A stretch of 64,000 nucleotides of DNA from Isurus oxyrinchus (lineage: Eukaryota). The stretch covers positions 8,866,001 through 8,930,000 of the forward strand of contig JANJGN010000035.1 of NCBI GenBank assembly GCA_026770705.1, written 5' to 3'. The translations under genes were made by a program, and so were the position numbers. The first letter of the stretch is position 1; the number at the start of each line of letters is the position of its first letter. The notes beneath the pieces were generated by a model that was not told the DNA's origin, did not search any database, and saw only the letters and a program-made list of their open reading frames with translations. This document shows, piece by piece, positions 34,680-49,009 of this stretch.

Positions 34680-36830
34680 TCCACCTCATCATTGAATATG
34701 CTTAACGAGCCAGCCTCTACAACCCTCTGTTGTAACTAATCTCACAGATTTATTACCCTCTGAGAGAAGAAATCCTTCCCTATTTCTGTCTTAAATAGCC
34801 ACCGCTTTCCCTGAGATTCCACTTGAGCTGACTGGCTTGTCACCTCCTCCAAGAATTGTGATAAATATCCCAGGCATGATTCCTGCTGATGAAGCCATGA
34901 TGACACTGTTAGACTATATTATGTCTTTCTAAATGCTCTGCTATTGCATACATTGCAATAGCCTCTGATGATTCCCCAATGACAGGTGTTAAGCTGTCTG
35001 GCTTATAGTTACCTTTTTTTTTTGTTGTTGACCCTTTTTGAATAAGACTGTTGAAGTACTAGTCTGCAACGCTCTGGGTCTTGCCCAGAATTTAATGATC
35101 CTTGGAAGGTTACTTCCTGTGCACCCACTACCCGTTTAGCTATATTCTTTGTTATCATTGGAACGCACAGGATGCTTATCCAGGGGACATACCATCCATC
35201 AGCCCCATTACTTGCCCTGCCACATTTTCTGTATTTCCAACTATTGTATTTATCACCCCCGCCCCTTTCCCCTTGTTTATGTAGGATTTTTTTGAAATTT
35301 CTGCTGCAAGAGTCACTCAGAAGTGATGAGAATCTCTGAGCATCTATCCAGTCAAGAACCCAAATAACCTCATATGTTTCAATTATCTATCTATCTATTT
35401 ATTTATCTATCCAGCGTATTACCTCTTCAATGAATTGTAACACATTTCCCAGTCATGATTCCCCATTCATGAAGCCATCATAAATCTTTTTGATTATATT
35501 ATGTATTTCTAAATGGTCTCTTATTACACTCTTTTTATTATACTCTAACATTTGACAAATGGCAGATGTTAATCTAACTGGTCTGCAGTTACATTTGTAT
35601 GTCCCCCTCCCTTTTTGCATATGAATATTAGATAGGTAGCGTCCCAATCCCTGGGCGCTTGCCCTGACACTAAGGGTTCTTTGAAGATTACTTCAGCTGC
35701 ATCCATTATCCTTGTAAATTTTACCTTTAATGTCATAGAATGCGGCCGAACATGCCCGGGAGATAGATCGGCTTTAGGCCCAGTAGTAGCCCTACTACAT
35801 TTTTCCAGTAGTGCTTGAAGTCGTATTTATCGCTCCCTCCCCATTCCCCTTGATTTTTTACGACATTTTGTAAATCTATTAATGCATTTTAACGTGAAGA
35901 CTGATGCAAAACATTTATTTAACTCCTCTGAAATTTCCTGCTTAACATTATCATTTTCCCAGCCTCATTTTCTAAAGGGCCTATGTTCACTTTGGCCACT
36001 TTCTTCCCTTCTACATCTTAAAGGAGCTCTTACTGCCATGTTATTGTTATATTACTTGCGGGTTTATCACCAAACTTTACTATCTCCCTCTTCATTATGT
36101 TTGTGTCATTGTCTGCTGTTTATTTTAAACTTTCCCAATCATCTGGCTTACATCTAATATGTTCCACATTTCTGTTTTTTTTATTTGTATGAAATAGATG
36201 TTTTCCTTAACACGCTTCGTTAAACACTTTTGCTTTTTCCCCTTTCTAAAACCTTCGTCCTCACTAGGATATATTTTTCTTTTGAATCAAGAACCATTTC
36301 CTTAAACGTCTGCCATTGTCCATCAACTGTGTTTTCCAAAACTCATTTCTCAGTCTATAACACGCAACTCTGCCCTCATTCATTTCTAATTACCTTTCCA
36401 CAGGTTAAGCACAGTTGTTTCCGAATCACCCTATTCCCGAATGCTAAATTATACCCTCTTATTTTCATTGTTTCCTAAGGGATCTTGCACTCTAAGATCA
36501 TATATTAACGCAGTCTCATTAAACATTACCTGTTCTAAGACAGCTTGATTCTGGGTTGGATCCACAAAATATTGTTACTGTGAATTTTCCAAACATGCAG
36601 AATGTATTTTTCCTTTGTCTGCCGCTGCAAATCTCATTTCCCCAATCTAAACGAAGTTTAAATTCGCCCATGATTAATGAACTGTATTTTTGTACATGCC
36701 CTCATAATCTCCTGATTTATTCTCTGCCCTACAATATAGCTTATGTTAGTTAGTACTCCCAACAGTGCCTTATTCACCATCGTATACCTGATCTCCCCCT
36801 TTTGGATTCTACATGTCCAATTCAAGTTTT
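34680..36830 (-). mobile_element. Cluster of CR1 LINE fragments
   Basis: ORF 35453..35647 has CRPVRLTSAICQMLE..GFMNGES (YRPVSLTS..QHGF); pyrimidine-rich linker. Confidence 0.8.
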
Positions 36831-37957
36831 TTTGTTGATATGGTATCGAATTTGACATAAATAGTTTGAATTATCGTATGGTGTTTCTTTCCAGTCATTT
36901 AATCCAAAATAAATTATTTGTTAAATAAGTACCTGTGATTTTATACCTTCAGATATTTCCATGCACTAAGTGCAAGAGCAACATAAGCATGGGAAGTTCA
37001 CTACCTCAAACCTGGCCAACAATCCGCAAACGTTTAAATGCTATAAAGTGCACATGGATAAATGCATATTTATCATTATTGACCAATTCATCCGCTTTTC
37101 AATGTTACAAAATATCTTAACATTTCTATCATTTAGCTTTTAATTACAAAATACAAATTATTGTTTTAAACCATGTTCGTTGACGCTCTTAACTACCTCT
37201 AAAACCCAGCAATCTCAGGGGAAGCCAGATGAAAGCCCTTATTGATGAGAGATGACAAGTACATTCTGCAAAATCATACGTCCCCTCCCGTTAGCTACAT
37301 TCCCCTGTTTTTCCAAAGTGAACGGATCGCCACATGTTAAGGCCCTCTCCATACAATTCCGCCTGTTTTATGTTTCACATGGTTGTGTACTCTGGAACTT
37401 GCGAGCCAATGGTCATTACAGTGAGGCACAAATCATAATCAGCTATGCATGTTATTTCTTCGCTTTCTCCACCCTCGTTCTGTGGATGCTCAGTCGCTCA
37501 TTATATTCAAGACGTTGAAGTTTAGACTCCGATGAAATTAGGGTTATGGGTTTGTGGGTGTAAAGGAGTGATGGAGTTCAACGATATGCCAATGATATAA
37601 ATGAAACGTTTGCATATAAACTTGGCCAATTACTATAATATGAATAAAACATTGATGACAGGAAATGTGCAGAAATTTTATAAAGTAAATATATTTCACA
37701 TAATAATAATTGAAATTACATTGTTTGAAATGATTTGCTGGGACAAAGTGTCATCATGTCTTCATCCAGTCTCCTTATTTACCGTGTGAACTGTAATAAC
37801 TGCTAATTATTCCATCTGTTTCTCCGACTTTCCATAGATTTGCAGCACTTAAACCATTTATGTATAGTTTTCAGACAGATTTCAGTTGGTAGTTTCTGAA
37901 AGGAGAAAGTTTGCTGACAAAACTAATATATGTCCCTATGGTTACTTTGTCTTGTAG

Positions 37958-38051
37958 GTATGTTGAATAACATATACAGAAAACAGGAGTTGCAACAGAA
38001 ACTCAAGAATTTACTTTTGTCACCAGTGGAAAGAAAATGGAATCGTTCACG
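37958..38051 (+). pseudogene. GTPase exon 3: YVE*HIQKTGVATETQEFTFVTSGKKMESFT (premature stop)
   Basis: Acceptor tag|, donor |gtgagt; in-frame TAA at 37968-37970. Confidence 0.92.
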
Positions 38052-38571
38052 GTGAGTGGCCCCATGAATTTATGCAGAACGTCGGTCCTTTCTGTGGCTT
38101 TAGTGGCTGCTTGTGGGTAAGTTCAATGAGCAGAATACCACACTTGGTGTATTACATTGGCCTCTCGTTAAGCAGGACACCAGAAGTTATTATCTTCTTA
38201 GTCGACCTATGAGGGCCTTGCATTGCTCCACCAACTCCCAAAGCCACTGAAAAGAAACTGTTGAAATATTCTGGAACCGCCACCAAATTTTCAGACGCAG
38301 TTAAATTGCCACATGCTGGAGCAAAACTCACAGCTGAGTGCAAAGAAACGACAGACAGTTCTGTGTTGTATATCAAAACAGACATTTGATTCTTCAAGGA
38401 CAATTATCGTCTGATATGAACAAATACAACATGGAGCATTAATGAAGATTGGATAGTTACTTGCGTAACTCGGTACTTGAACAAAAATCAAAACCTTGCA
38501 TACAATGATCATTGTTAAAGAAAACCAGGCTGAGCTTTTGTTGCTACTAATCCGTCTCTATGATTGCAGAC

Positions 38572-38626
38572 TGCAATGCAAAGCTACATCTCTACCCACA
38601 CTTCCAGGCTCTGGAACAGATCGAAG
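38572..38626 (+). pseudogene. GTPase exon 4: CNAKLHLYPHFQALEQIE (aberrant splice sites)
   Basis: Matches the expected GNATLHLYPHF. The nearest AG (38568-38569) is 2 nt out of frame and the donor is gcacat. Confidence 0.85.
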
Positions 38627-39039
38627 GCACATTCCGACGTGTTAGTAATATTGTAAAGAGCAAAAAGGGGGACTGGTGTCTCTCATCGTACCGATTACCT
38701 GAACGGGATATTATTCAACAATTATATTAATTGTTTTTCAATGGTCAGACCATATGTAGTTTTACTGAAGTTTCTGAAGTATGCAAATTCAACAGGTTAA
38801 ATAAATGCATAGAGAGATGTTGAGCGCCTGCCCTATTAGATGAAAAAGCATAGAATGATGCAAGTTAAACAAAACTTTGTGTGGTGTGACACATATATGA
38901 AATATTCCGCTGATTTGCAGATTTTTCAGTTGCGCTTACGAGGTAAGTTCTCGTTTTTCACTCTTCGAGTTAGAAAAAAGCAGCATAAGTCACAAATGAT
39001 TTGGAGAGCGGGAAGTTGAGAACGAGGAAGGAACAGAAG

Positions 39040-39430
39040 GACGTCAAATGAAACATCGTATCATATAGCATTGAAGTAGCATATTCGGCCCATAGCGCCT
39101 GAGACAGCCAAATAACTGCCAGCCAACCTAATTCCACTGTGCACTTATTCGACAGATTCCCTGCAATTAGATGATCCTCAATAAAGTGAAGTCCAAACAC
39201 TCAACACCTTCTCTGTGAAAGTAAAATCGTCAGACCCAAGTTAATCATAAATCAATTTGCAATAAATCTGATCTCACCGCTTACTTGTGTTTCTTCTAAA
39301 ATAAGCTCTTATGAAGTCATCCCTGTCGACACAATCAGTAACAAAGCACCACTCATAACATCATTCTCGTAACGCTCCTCATGGCTTTCCCTAGTGAGAT
39401 GACTTCCTTCCTGTTATGCAATGGCAATAA
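39040..39430 (-). mobile_element. CR1 3' fragment
   Basis: 'catagcattgaagtagcatattcggccc' is the reverse complement of a CR1 3' terminus. Confidence 0.6.
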
Positions 39431-39459
39431 GTAATCATTAACACCTTAACGAATAAATT

Positions 39460-41630
39460 CAATACTGCACAGAAAACATTGGACATATTCGCCAGCTCAG
39501 GCATCAAAATAAAGTATTTGATGTTGATAAGGATAGATCATGAGATCTGATGAAAGAGAATAACAGATTAGATTTTATGAACGTTGACAGGCTGGGGGTT
39601 GGAGGATGGATGAAAATAAACGGATTTCTGAGATAGTGCTGAGCGAAGGAGAGACAAACTTACAAAGATGATTCGTGATAACATCCAAAGCAAGTGAACC
39701 AAGTATGCATCTAGTTGATGTGCGAATTGTTGTATAACAATGCACTTAATACGAAATGAATAAATAAAGAAATGATATTAAAAAGGAATATAAGAAACAG
39801 AAATATTAACCAAAGTGGCGAAGAAGAAGGCATTGAAAATTATTGAAAATTGTGATGAGTTCATTTGCCTGTAAAGGCCAAAATTCAAATATGACGTATT
39901 ACTCTCCGGGATTGCATTCACAATCATTGGAAAATTGTCCACGACAGCAACTAAGTCAATGCAATCTCAAGTGAGATGAAGTTGAGGGCCATGCATGGAC
40001 CCTGAAGGGAAAAACTCTGAAACGTTATCCCCTGATCTGGGTTTTGTCTTCCAATCTCCAAGGGATCAACTTGTGCTGCGAATATTGTACAATGTATTGA
40101 GAAAAAATATTGAAGAGAATCAATATTTCTGCTGGAAGCAAAATTGTGGCCTTGAATGTTGAGAAGACAGGAGACAAAAGAACAGGTGTTGTATCATTTG
40201 CGTTTGCAAGCGAACCTGACCTGGTTTGGGACAGGCTGATGGCCTTGACTGAGCTGAGGACGACTGTGACACAGAGGGACTGTTTTTTTCGAAATTCTGA
40301 CATTGGGCAGCGGGGAACTATTTGTTGGAATGACGGGCAATGTGGGGGAAATGATGCAGGATGATCCATTCATTGGTAAGATCAGGGGCAGGACAAAATG
40401 ATGACAAACGGAGAACAATGTTGAGTGTATAGAGATTGTAAAAGTTTTAAAGACACGGATATGCTGCCCGGGGGGTGGGGGTTGGGGAGGCGGGCCGCCG
40501 GTGGCAGCTGTTGGTGGAGTTCGCCAGGTAGTTATTTGTATAGTTTTTAAGAGGGTATCAATAAATTCGCCAGATGAGGAAACAAGTAGTCTTACCAGAA
40601 ACACCAGCAAAAGCTCGCTAAATGGAATGCTACCCAAACCTACTCAATGACCAAACTCCTCAACCTGTCTGAAATTCTTCTTACACTGAACAATGTTGCA
40701 TTTAAATGCACTCGACTTCTGTAAATAAAATGCATTTTCATGAATGAACACAATGGATCCCAGTATTCGAATTTTTGGTTGTCTTATTTCGAACACTGCA
40801 AACCTATTCAGGACCTTTCCTTCCTACTTTCGTTTTTCATTTATGGCACTTGATAGGTATTTGCTGCTGGTCCATGTTGTTTCCAAGCACTCAAATTTTC
40901 ATTAGCTTTGTTTCGAATTGTCACACCTTTCTCACCTTCAGCTATTGAATCCGTGATCTTTCACTTCCCTTCCTGCATATTTCTATTCACAGTTCTCGAG
41001 ATGGCTATTCAATTAACACTCACAGTAAGCTCAGGGATTCCCACAGATATCTCCATTATGTTTCGACAAATTCCGATTCCACTGCAGAGGTAATTCCATG
41101 TTCCCATAATTCTTCATGTCATTTTCAACTCTTCTGAAAACACAGCATTCCATATTTGCTTTTTGCATTGGGCTTCCACTTTCCCAACCCGAGGGTCCAG
41201 TCAAAATATTTTGCAATGCGCTTTGCAGTCTCCTCACGAAAGAAACAGTTCTGTCCTCATCCCTTTCCTTCCCTCCCACAATAATTATAAAGCTGTTCCT
41301 GAACTCACTTTCCACTCCAGATACTTCGGCATTTAAAGGATCTCCTCCTCTGTTTCCATGCAATCACAAAGCACATATTCTGCTGCCCTCGACTTTCATG
41401 TTCCAAAGACTTACTTTCGTTCTACCTTGGTCCAATCCTCTACAAAATAACAAACACTCTCACGATCCGATTACATCTTTCCATGCATGTGCAGGCGATG
41501 CAGCTAATACATTTTATCCTCTCTCATGAAAACAATGCAAGGGCACAAACATAACTTGCATGTGAAATATTTGATAATCTATGATTCTTTTTACAATGTG
41601 TTTAAAGTATTCAATTTGGCCGTAACTACA
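39460..41630. mobile_element. Penelope-like element: minus-strand segment (~39460-40600) joined to plus-strand RT/GIY-YIG segment (~40620-41630)
   Basis: Plus-strand remnants of NNFxFNSTHFLQ..MGPSY (40690-40770), SIPFS-like and C..C motifs. The reverse-oriented region at 39460-40600 covers overlapping C-terminal parts. Confidence 0.65.
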
Positions 41631-41649
41631 TGCCGAGTGGTGATCTATC

Positions 41650-43075
41650 TCAGCTTCCCTCAGAGGGCCCCAGTGTCAAAGAGGCAAATTTTAGCTAATT
41701 TGATTCACCCCACGTCTCATCACGCAAATGGTTAAGACACTGGATGCTGCAAAGGATATGAGCCCTTTTATCATTCCGGCAATAGTACCGAAATATTGTG
41801 ATCCAGCTCTTTTCGCAATCCTACCCAAGCTGCTCCAGCACAAGGAAGGCGCAGGCTTCGAGCCAGCTGGGTGTAAAATTGCTCAAGTGCGGCCTGTTCA
41901 GAAAAATAAGTGGCAGATCCAACACTACCAATTAAAGTCACATCAGTGTAATCTGGATCATCAGTAATGTGAAGAAAGGTGTCAACCAAAGTCGTATATA
42001 GCTGAACTTGCTTAGCAAAAATCTGCTCAGTGACGACAAGTTCAGTATCGGCCATGCCCACTCAACACTTGAATTCATTACAGCATTTTTTAAACATGGG
42101 CAAAAGAGCTAAACTCCAGACGTGATTTGAGAAAGTCGAGCATTGACATCAAGGACGCATTTGGCAGAATGTGGCATCAAGGAGCCATGGCCAAACTGGA
42201 GCCAATGGTAATCAGTGGGGAAACTCTCCGCTGGGTGGAGTCTTACCAATCACAATCGAGGATGTCTGTGGCTGTTGGAGGTCAGGACTCACAGTTCCAG
42301 GAAATCATTCTAGGAGTTCCTCAGAGCGGTGGTCACAGCCAAAAAAAAAAAAATTCAGCTGCTTCATCAATGACATTGATTCCAACATAATGTCAGAAGA
42401 GGGGATGATTGCACAATTCTTGGTACCATTTACGACTCCATAGATATAGATGCAGCCCATGCGAAAATGCAAAAAGATGTTGTCACCATCCAGGCTTGGG
42501 CTGGCAATTGCCAAGTAACTTTTGTGCCACCAAATGACAAATCAAGGACCTTTGATCCTTGACATTCAATGGTATTACCATCGCTGAATTCCCAACTAGC
42601 AACATCCCGGACGTTACCATTGGCCATAAACGAACCTCCAGTACTAACATGAATGCTGTGGCTAGAGCAGTAGGTCAGAAGGTAGGGATCCTGCGTCGAA
42701 TAACCCACCTGGCGACTCCCCAAAACCTGTCCACAATCTACAAGCCACAACTCTAGAAATTGATGGAATACTCAGCACTTGCCTGGATGACTGCAGATGC
42801 AACAGCACTCAAGAATCTTGACACCATCCAGAAGGAAGCAGCCCAATGAACGGCAACGCACCCATCAACATTCACCACACCCCCCTCGAACACCCCACCC
42901 ACACCAGCCCCCACCCCCCCCCCCCCACCCCCCCAACCCCCCGCCACCTCCCCCCCCCGCCCCCCTCACCACCACCGGCATACTGTATCAGCACTATCTA
43001 AAATCCAGAAGAAGCACTAAAGAAAATCAGCAAGGCTCCTTGGGCAGTACCTTCCAAACCCCAGTGTACTAACAA
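41650..43075 (+). mobile_element. Non-LTR retrotransposon RT fragment (DIKxAFxRxWHQG family)
   Basis: ORFs 41728..41967 and 42127..42390 (IDIKDAFGRMWHQG..GVPQ), 42559..42756 (LSTIYKPQ). Confidence 0.9.
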
Positions 43076-43084
43076 CAAGAATGA

Positions 43085-45800
43085 CATGGGAAGCAATTCT
43101 GGGTTTCGCTGGCTTGGCCACTATTTCATGGCCATCTCTCGTTGAGGAGATGGTGGGAATCGACATCCTTGAACCACAGCGGTCCATGCGGTGTAGGTAC
43201 ACACACAGTGCTGATAGGTAGGAATTTGTAGAATTTTGACCCAGAGACAATGGAGGAGCTGCGACATATTTCCACGTCAGGGTAATGAGTGACTTGGAGA
43301 GTAAATTCCAGGTGTTGCTGTTCTCACCTTTCTGCTGCCCTTCACGTTCCACATGGTAGTGATGGTGCATTTGGGAGGTGCGGACTATGGAGCCTAGGTG
43401 AATTCCTGCAGTGCACCTTGTACATGGTGTATTCTGCTACTATTAGGCGTCATTGGTGCAGTTTGTTAACGTTTGTGGATGTGGTATCATTCTATGGTGT
43501 CAACATCATTCGGTGTTGTAGGAGCTGCACTCATCTAAGAGAATGGGGAGTATTGCATGCAACTGCTGACTTGTGCCCTGTAGGTGTTGGGTAGACTTTC
43601 TAAAGTGAGTATGTGGCTTGTTCCTCACAAGATTCCTTGCACCTGACTCACTGTTGTAGGCATAGTGTGGATTTGGCTCGTCCAGTTCATCTTCAGGACA
43701 ATGGATATTGATATTGGAGATTCAGTGATATTATTGCCATTGAACGTCAAGGGATGGTGGCTGGAGCCTCTCTTGTTGGAGATAGCCATTGTCTGGTGCT
43801 TGAGTGATGCGAATGTTACCTGACACCTTTCAGCCCAAGCCGGGATAATGCTGCATTTCGGCATGGACTGCTACAGTGCCCAATGTCTCATGAATCGTGC
43901 GAGACATTGTGCAAACATCAGTAAACGTTCCCACTTCTTAGAACCGTTTGTAAAAGAGGTAATTGATGAAGCAACTGAAAATTTCTGGTCCTAAAAAACT
44001 ACACTGATGAATTCCTGCCGTGATGCCCTGGAGCCAATGTGCCTAACCTCCAACAACAACAACCATTTTCATTTGTGCTGCGTATGAATTCAACCAATGG
44101 ACAGTTACATCCCTCATCCACATTGACTGAAGAGCTGAAAGGGCTCCTTGATGTCAAAGGCGACCATGCCATCAAGGATTGTTACTCGCAAATCACCTAC
44201 CTAGTTCAGCTCTGTGTTCCATGTTTCAATTAAGTCTTTAACAATGCCAGGAACTGAATTGATTTGGTGGAACAAAAACTGAGCTTCATTGATCAGGTTA
44301 TTGCTAAGCAATGCTCGTTGGCTGCACTGTTGATTACGTCTTTCATTACTTTACTAGTGATCATGAGTAACTGCGGAAATTAGCAGTTTGGATTTGTCCT
44401 GCTCTCTGTGTGCAGGGCATGCCTGGATAATTTTCCACGTAGCCGGGGAAATGCCAGTTTTGTAGCTACATTGGAAAAGTTTATCTAGGGATGGAGCAAC
44501 TTCTGGAGCACTTGTCTTAAGTACTATTGCAAAAATACTGTCAGGGCTCACAGCCTTTTCATCACTCAGTGGCTTTTGCCAATTCAAGACATCACGTGGT
44601 TCAGAGAATTGTCTCTTTGCTGATATTGGTGATGGCCTAGATGGATCATACACTCTGGCTAAATACTGCAGCAAATGCTCCATTTTAATTTTGCACTAAT
44701 GTGCTGGGCTTCCCCATGATTGAGGACGGCGATAATTGTGTAGCCTCCTCCTTCAGTAGGATGTTAACTTGGGCAGGACTGCAGAGCTTAGACCAGATCC
44801 GTTTGTCATGTGATCTCCTACCTCTGCCTTTCTCTTGCTGCTAATGCTGTTTGACACACACGAAATCCTGTGTTATACCTTCGTAAGGATGACAACTTTT
44901 TATATTTAGGTATGGCTCCTGCTGCTCCTGGCAGACCTTCCCACGGTCTTCGTTGAACTAGGCCTGATCCCGTAGACTGAATGAAATGATAGAGTGGGGA
45001 TATTCCGGACCATGAGATTACCGGTTGTGTTTGAGCACAAATCTGTTACATCTGTTGGCTGCAATACTTCATGCATGCTGAGTCTGGAGATGCTACATCA
45101 TTTCAAAATAAATCCCATTTTTCACTGCAGTTTTGGTACAGAACACGATGGGCGGTACCTTCAAAATGAAGGCGGGACTTTGGCTGTACAGTGATACTTC
45201 GGTCCTCATTCCTAACGATACTGTCATGGAGGACGCATCTGTGGCATTCAGGATGGTGAGGATGAGATCAGGTATGCTTTTCCCTCTTCTTGGCTTTCTC
45301 ATCTCCTGCTACTGACCAAATCCAACACCTATGTTACTTAGAATTAGGAGAACTCCACCGGTTATGGGGACCCCGAGCCCTGAACTGCAGCACACTGTTT
45401 ACTCTTGGCCCCATCAGTTCTTCTTCCAAGTGGTGTTCAACATGGAGGAGCACTGATTCATCAGCTGCTGGAATGTTGTTCGTGAAAATCAGCAGGAGAT
45501 TTCCTTGCCCATGTTTAGCTTGATGTCATGTTATTTCATGGGGTACATAGCCAATGATGAGGGCTCCCAGAGCAACTTCCCTTCGACTGCATGCCACTCC
45601 ACTGCCACCGTTGCTGCATCTGACCTGCTGGGAGACAGGACCTAACCAGGGATGCTGAACACTGTGACAAGCTATTTTAGATATGGTTCTGTGAGGATTA
45701 TGCAATGTTGCTTCTTGACTAAGCTGTGTGCAATCGCTCCCAATTTTGGCACTAGCACCCAGATGTTAGTAAAGAGGTGTTTGCAGGGCCGAGAGCACTG
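43085..45800 (-). mobile_element. Same-family LINE fragments in opposite orientation (endonuclease-RT-3' end)
   Basis: Minus ORFs 43625..43864 (AWAERCQVTFA), 44354..44683 (SPDSI..VLKTSAPE..LFQCSY..WK), 45093..45302 (PRRGKSIPDLILT). Confidence 0.88.
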
Positions 45801-47844
45801 ATTATGTTGTTGTCATTTCCAATGCCTAGATCTATGTCTGTTGGCCCATCCAATGTCACCAATTTGTTCAGACCTCGTAGAGGATTGATACAGCTGACTG
45901 TTTTTGATAGAACCCTTCAGAATGTATTTATGAGTGAACCACATTCCTGTTGGTTTGGGCGATATGTGGCCCAGATCGGGAAAGGGCGACGGATTTGCTT
46001 CCTTAATGACATTTGTGAAACAGAAGGCACTTTACACCAGTCAACGGTTTCATACTCACAATCAGAGTTTAAGTTCCAGGTTTTTTATTGAATTAAAATT
46101 CCACCATCTGCCCTGGTGGCATTCGCACTCTGGCATCCAAAGCATTAGCTTGGATCTTTTGGCTACTTTTCCAAACACAAAATACCACACAAATGTCAAC
46201 CACTAACTGGATGTTCTCATTCAAGCCACTCAACTTCCTGACTTGCAAATGTATGGCTGTTCCTTTACTGTTCAAAATCCTGGAGTTCTCTCCTTAACAG
46301 CCATGTTAGCACACCTAAATTTTGACAGCGTGCATTGCAGGACTCGAATAATGGAATATAAAGGTTAGTTCATGTGTCAAAGTAGTCCTTAGTTAATAAT
46401 CAGAGATAATCAGAAATGTAGCCATTGCACAGAATTTAGAAGGTGGAATTGAAAGCGAAAGATGAATAAAGAGGGGAAGAAGAAACGAAATGGAAAAGAA
46501 ACAAAATGACAAATATTAAATCTTTAATAAGCAAGAGAATACGAACGAAATAAGGAATAATTAGTGTAATTAAGCATGTATTCGGAATTAAAATCAGAGT
46601 AGAAATTAAATAACCAATAAAGAAAGGAACAATAATTTATTGAGGTAAACAGATGAATATAACTTACATGCAAAATAAACAGGAGAGATTTGGTGTGTGC
46701 GTGGATATTGTGAAAGAGAAAATATACGAGGTATGCATAGAGAATAAATCGAAAAGAAATGCACCTTGGTGAGAATTACACTGTAAGAACATGCAATAAA
46801 TATTGAATAATTCTGTGTGAAGGAGTCTAACAGGATAGAGTCCACAGCGTCAAATAAAATTGCAACAGACACAATACAAACAAAGTAGAAAATAGGAACA
46901 GCATAAACAGTTCAGTCACAATATTCTATCAAGGCACACCATGCTTAATCAGTCAACAATTTTTTGATGAAACAATTAGCTTCCACCATGCAAACAAAAT
47001 GCAGGTGGTGAGCATTTAGCAATAACCTAGAGATGAAAATGCAAGGAAATGAATATACCGGATTCATTTGTGTATGAGTGAATATCAAAGATTAATACAT
47101 TTCCAAATTAATGGTTCCCAGAAATCATTGAGGATAGTAAGTCAGGAGCACATGGCAGATTGAGGGGGAGGAGAGTTCATGGGAGCGGTTGAAGTAAATA
47201 TGACACTTCTTAAATCCTTGCATTCCATGTCCCAAAAGAGAGTAGATCAGAAGCAAGAGGGTGATCGATGAACTGGCAATGTTGCAGCAAAGCCGAAGGC
47301 AGCATTTCATCGTTCTACTGAGATGCACTATTATATCATCTGGAAATCATGAAGAGAAAAGGATGAGGTTCGCGGGCATAATGGAGTTCAAAGGGATTTC
47401 GTGGTGAAGAATGTGTTAATGTTTGGTGGCTTTGGAAGGGTGCTGAGGTCCCATTGTGCGGTGGAAGATGTGTGGGGTGTCAGACATTTCAGTGCAATGT
47501 CGGCACAGAATTTAGACGTCGTCAGTTTTATTTTCATTTTTTTATGCATAACAATTGATGCAACATAGTGGATACAAGCCTTGAGGAAAAGGATGCAAAA
47601 TGGTCAAGTTTGAATTTTCCTTTTGTGTTTATTTATGTTTCGTAAATCCTATCTATTTTACGACATATCCTAAATATGCATCAATTTTGTGATGAGAGCA
47701 TGATGCACAATAAAAGGAACGACATCTGGAAAGGAAAACCTTTGAACTTCAAAACACCAAGACTGGAACTGGAAAGCTGCGTTCTGAGACGCCCGTGGCA
47801 AATCTTACTTTGGCTTCTGATGGGACTCCTTTTTGTGCTCGTAG

Positions 47845-47984
47845 ACGGATGACAGACTACCTGGCCACTGAGGTCTGCATGTCTAAACAGCAGTTTAACA
47901 TCGTGACATTTATTGATACACCTGGTCTAGTGGATGGAGAAATGACCTACGAATATGATGTTCATAGAGCACTCATCGGGCTTG
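47845..47984 (+). pseudogene. GTPase exon 5 (G3): MTDYLATEVCMSKQQFNIVTFIDTPGLVDGEMTYEYDVHRALIGL
   Basis: Within ORF 47795..48085; donor G|gtaaga; acceptor AG (47843-47844) is followed by an extra 'ac'. Confidence 0.93.
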
Positions 47985-48848
47985 GTAAGAGATCAACCCG
48001 CATAGTGGATAAATATAAATCAAGGAATAATTTAAACAACAACATTAAATGCTTCAGGAGCCTTATGAAGGTTCTGTCAAAATAAATGAAAACGTTGTTT
48101 AAATTTGCAGGTCAATTGAAATACTGAATGAGAATTCTGAGTGAGTGAGGGAACATGAATATGCTTGGAGGAAATTAATTGCAGGGGACAGTAATGCATG
48201 GAAATATCTGGGGTATAAACATCGTTGCCAAGTCCAGCATTTGCTACCTATCGTCAATTGTCTCTGACACAGTGGTTGTCAGCCACCCAAAGCTGCCGTC
48301 CAAGTCATTCCTGTGCACCCCCATTGTTGTAAGCAAGGGATTCTAAGAACGAACATGCAACTAATTTGAAAGCGAGAATATATAGATCTGAGTCATCTTT
48401 CTCGATTCTGGAGAGTTAGTCTTTCCAGGTTCTGCTCAACGAATGTGGAGTGGCAGCTTGCACCAGGACTGCAAATCACTTCACCATATTTCACCCAGGT
48501 CAACGTGCATGAACTTTTTATTTTGCACTCAATAACGTGGAGACAAAGCGTCCCTTTCAGGTAAGATGCACGTCGAGGATTTCAACGTAAGGATATCAAG
48601 GGGCAGGATCAAACTTCACTGAAACCTCCCATATCATTAAGACCAGGTTTAGTAGCTCATTACATGCTGTTAAAGAGCAGTTAAATAAGCGGATATTGTG
48701 AACCATAATTTCCTCATTCTGACAAATTTCAGTTTGCCAATTAATTGGCGGCTTTGAAATATATATTGAAGATATGGTCTTAACCTTCTTGATACATGCG
48801 AACACAATATGCATGAATTAAATTTTCACGCATTTACTTGCCTTGCAG

Positions 48849-49009
48849 GACAGCAGGCCGACCTAATCCTTCTGTTCTTTGACCCGATGGGCCAGACTCT
48901 GTGTAAACGAACTCTGAACATTGTTGAAAAGCTAAATGAAACACATGGCGACAAATTGAAATTTTATCCTGGCAAAGCTGATGAAGCTGGTCATGAGAGT
49001 GACAGACAG
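48849..49009 (+). pseudogene. GTPase exon 6: GQQADLILLFFDPMGQTLCKRTLNIVEKLNETHGDKLKFYPGKADEAGHESDRQ
   Basis: Acceptor cag|, donor |gtaagg; 161 bp, phase 1 to 0. Confidence 0.95.
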
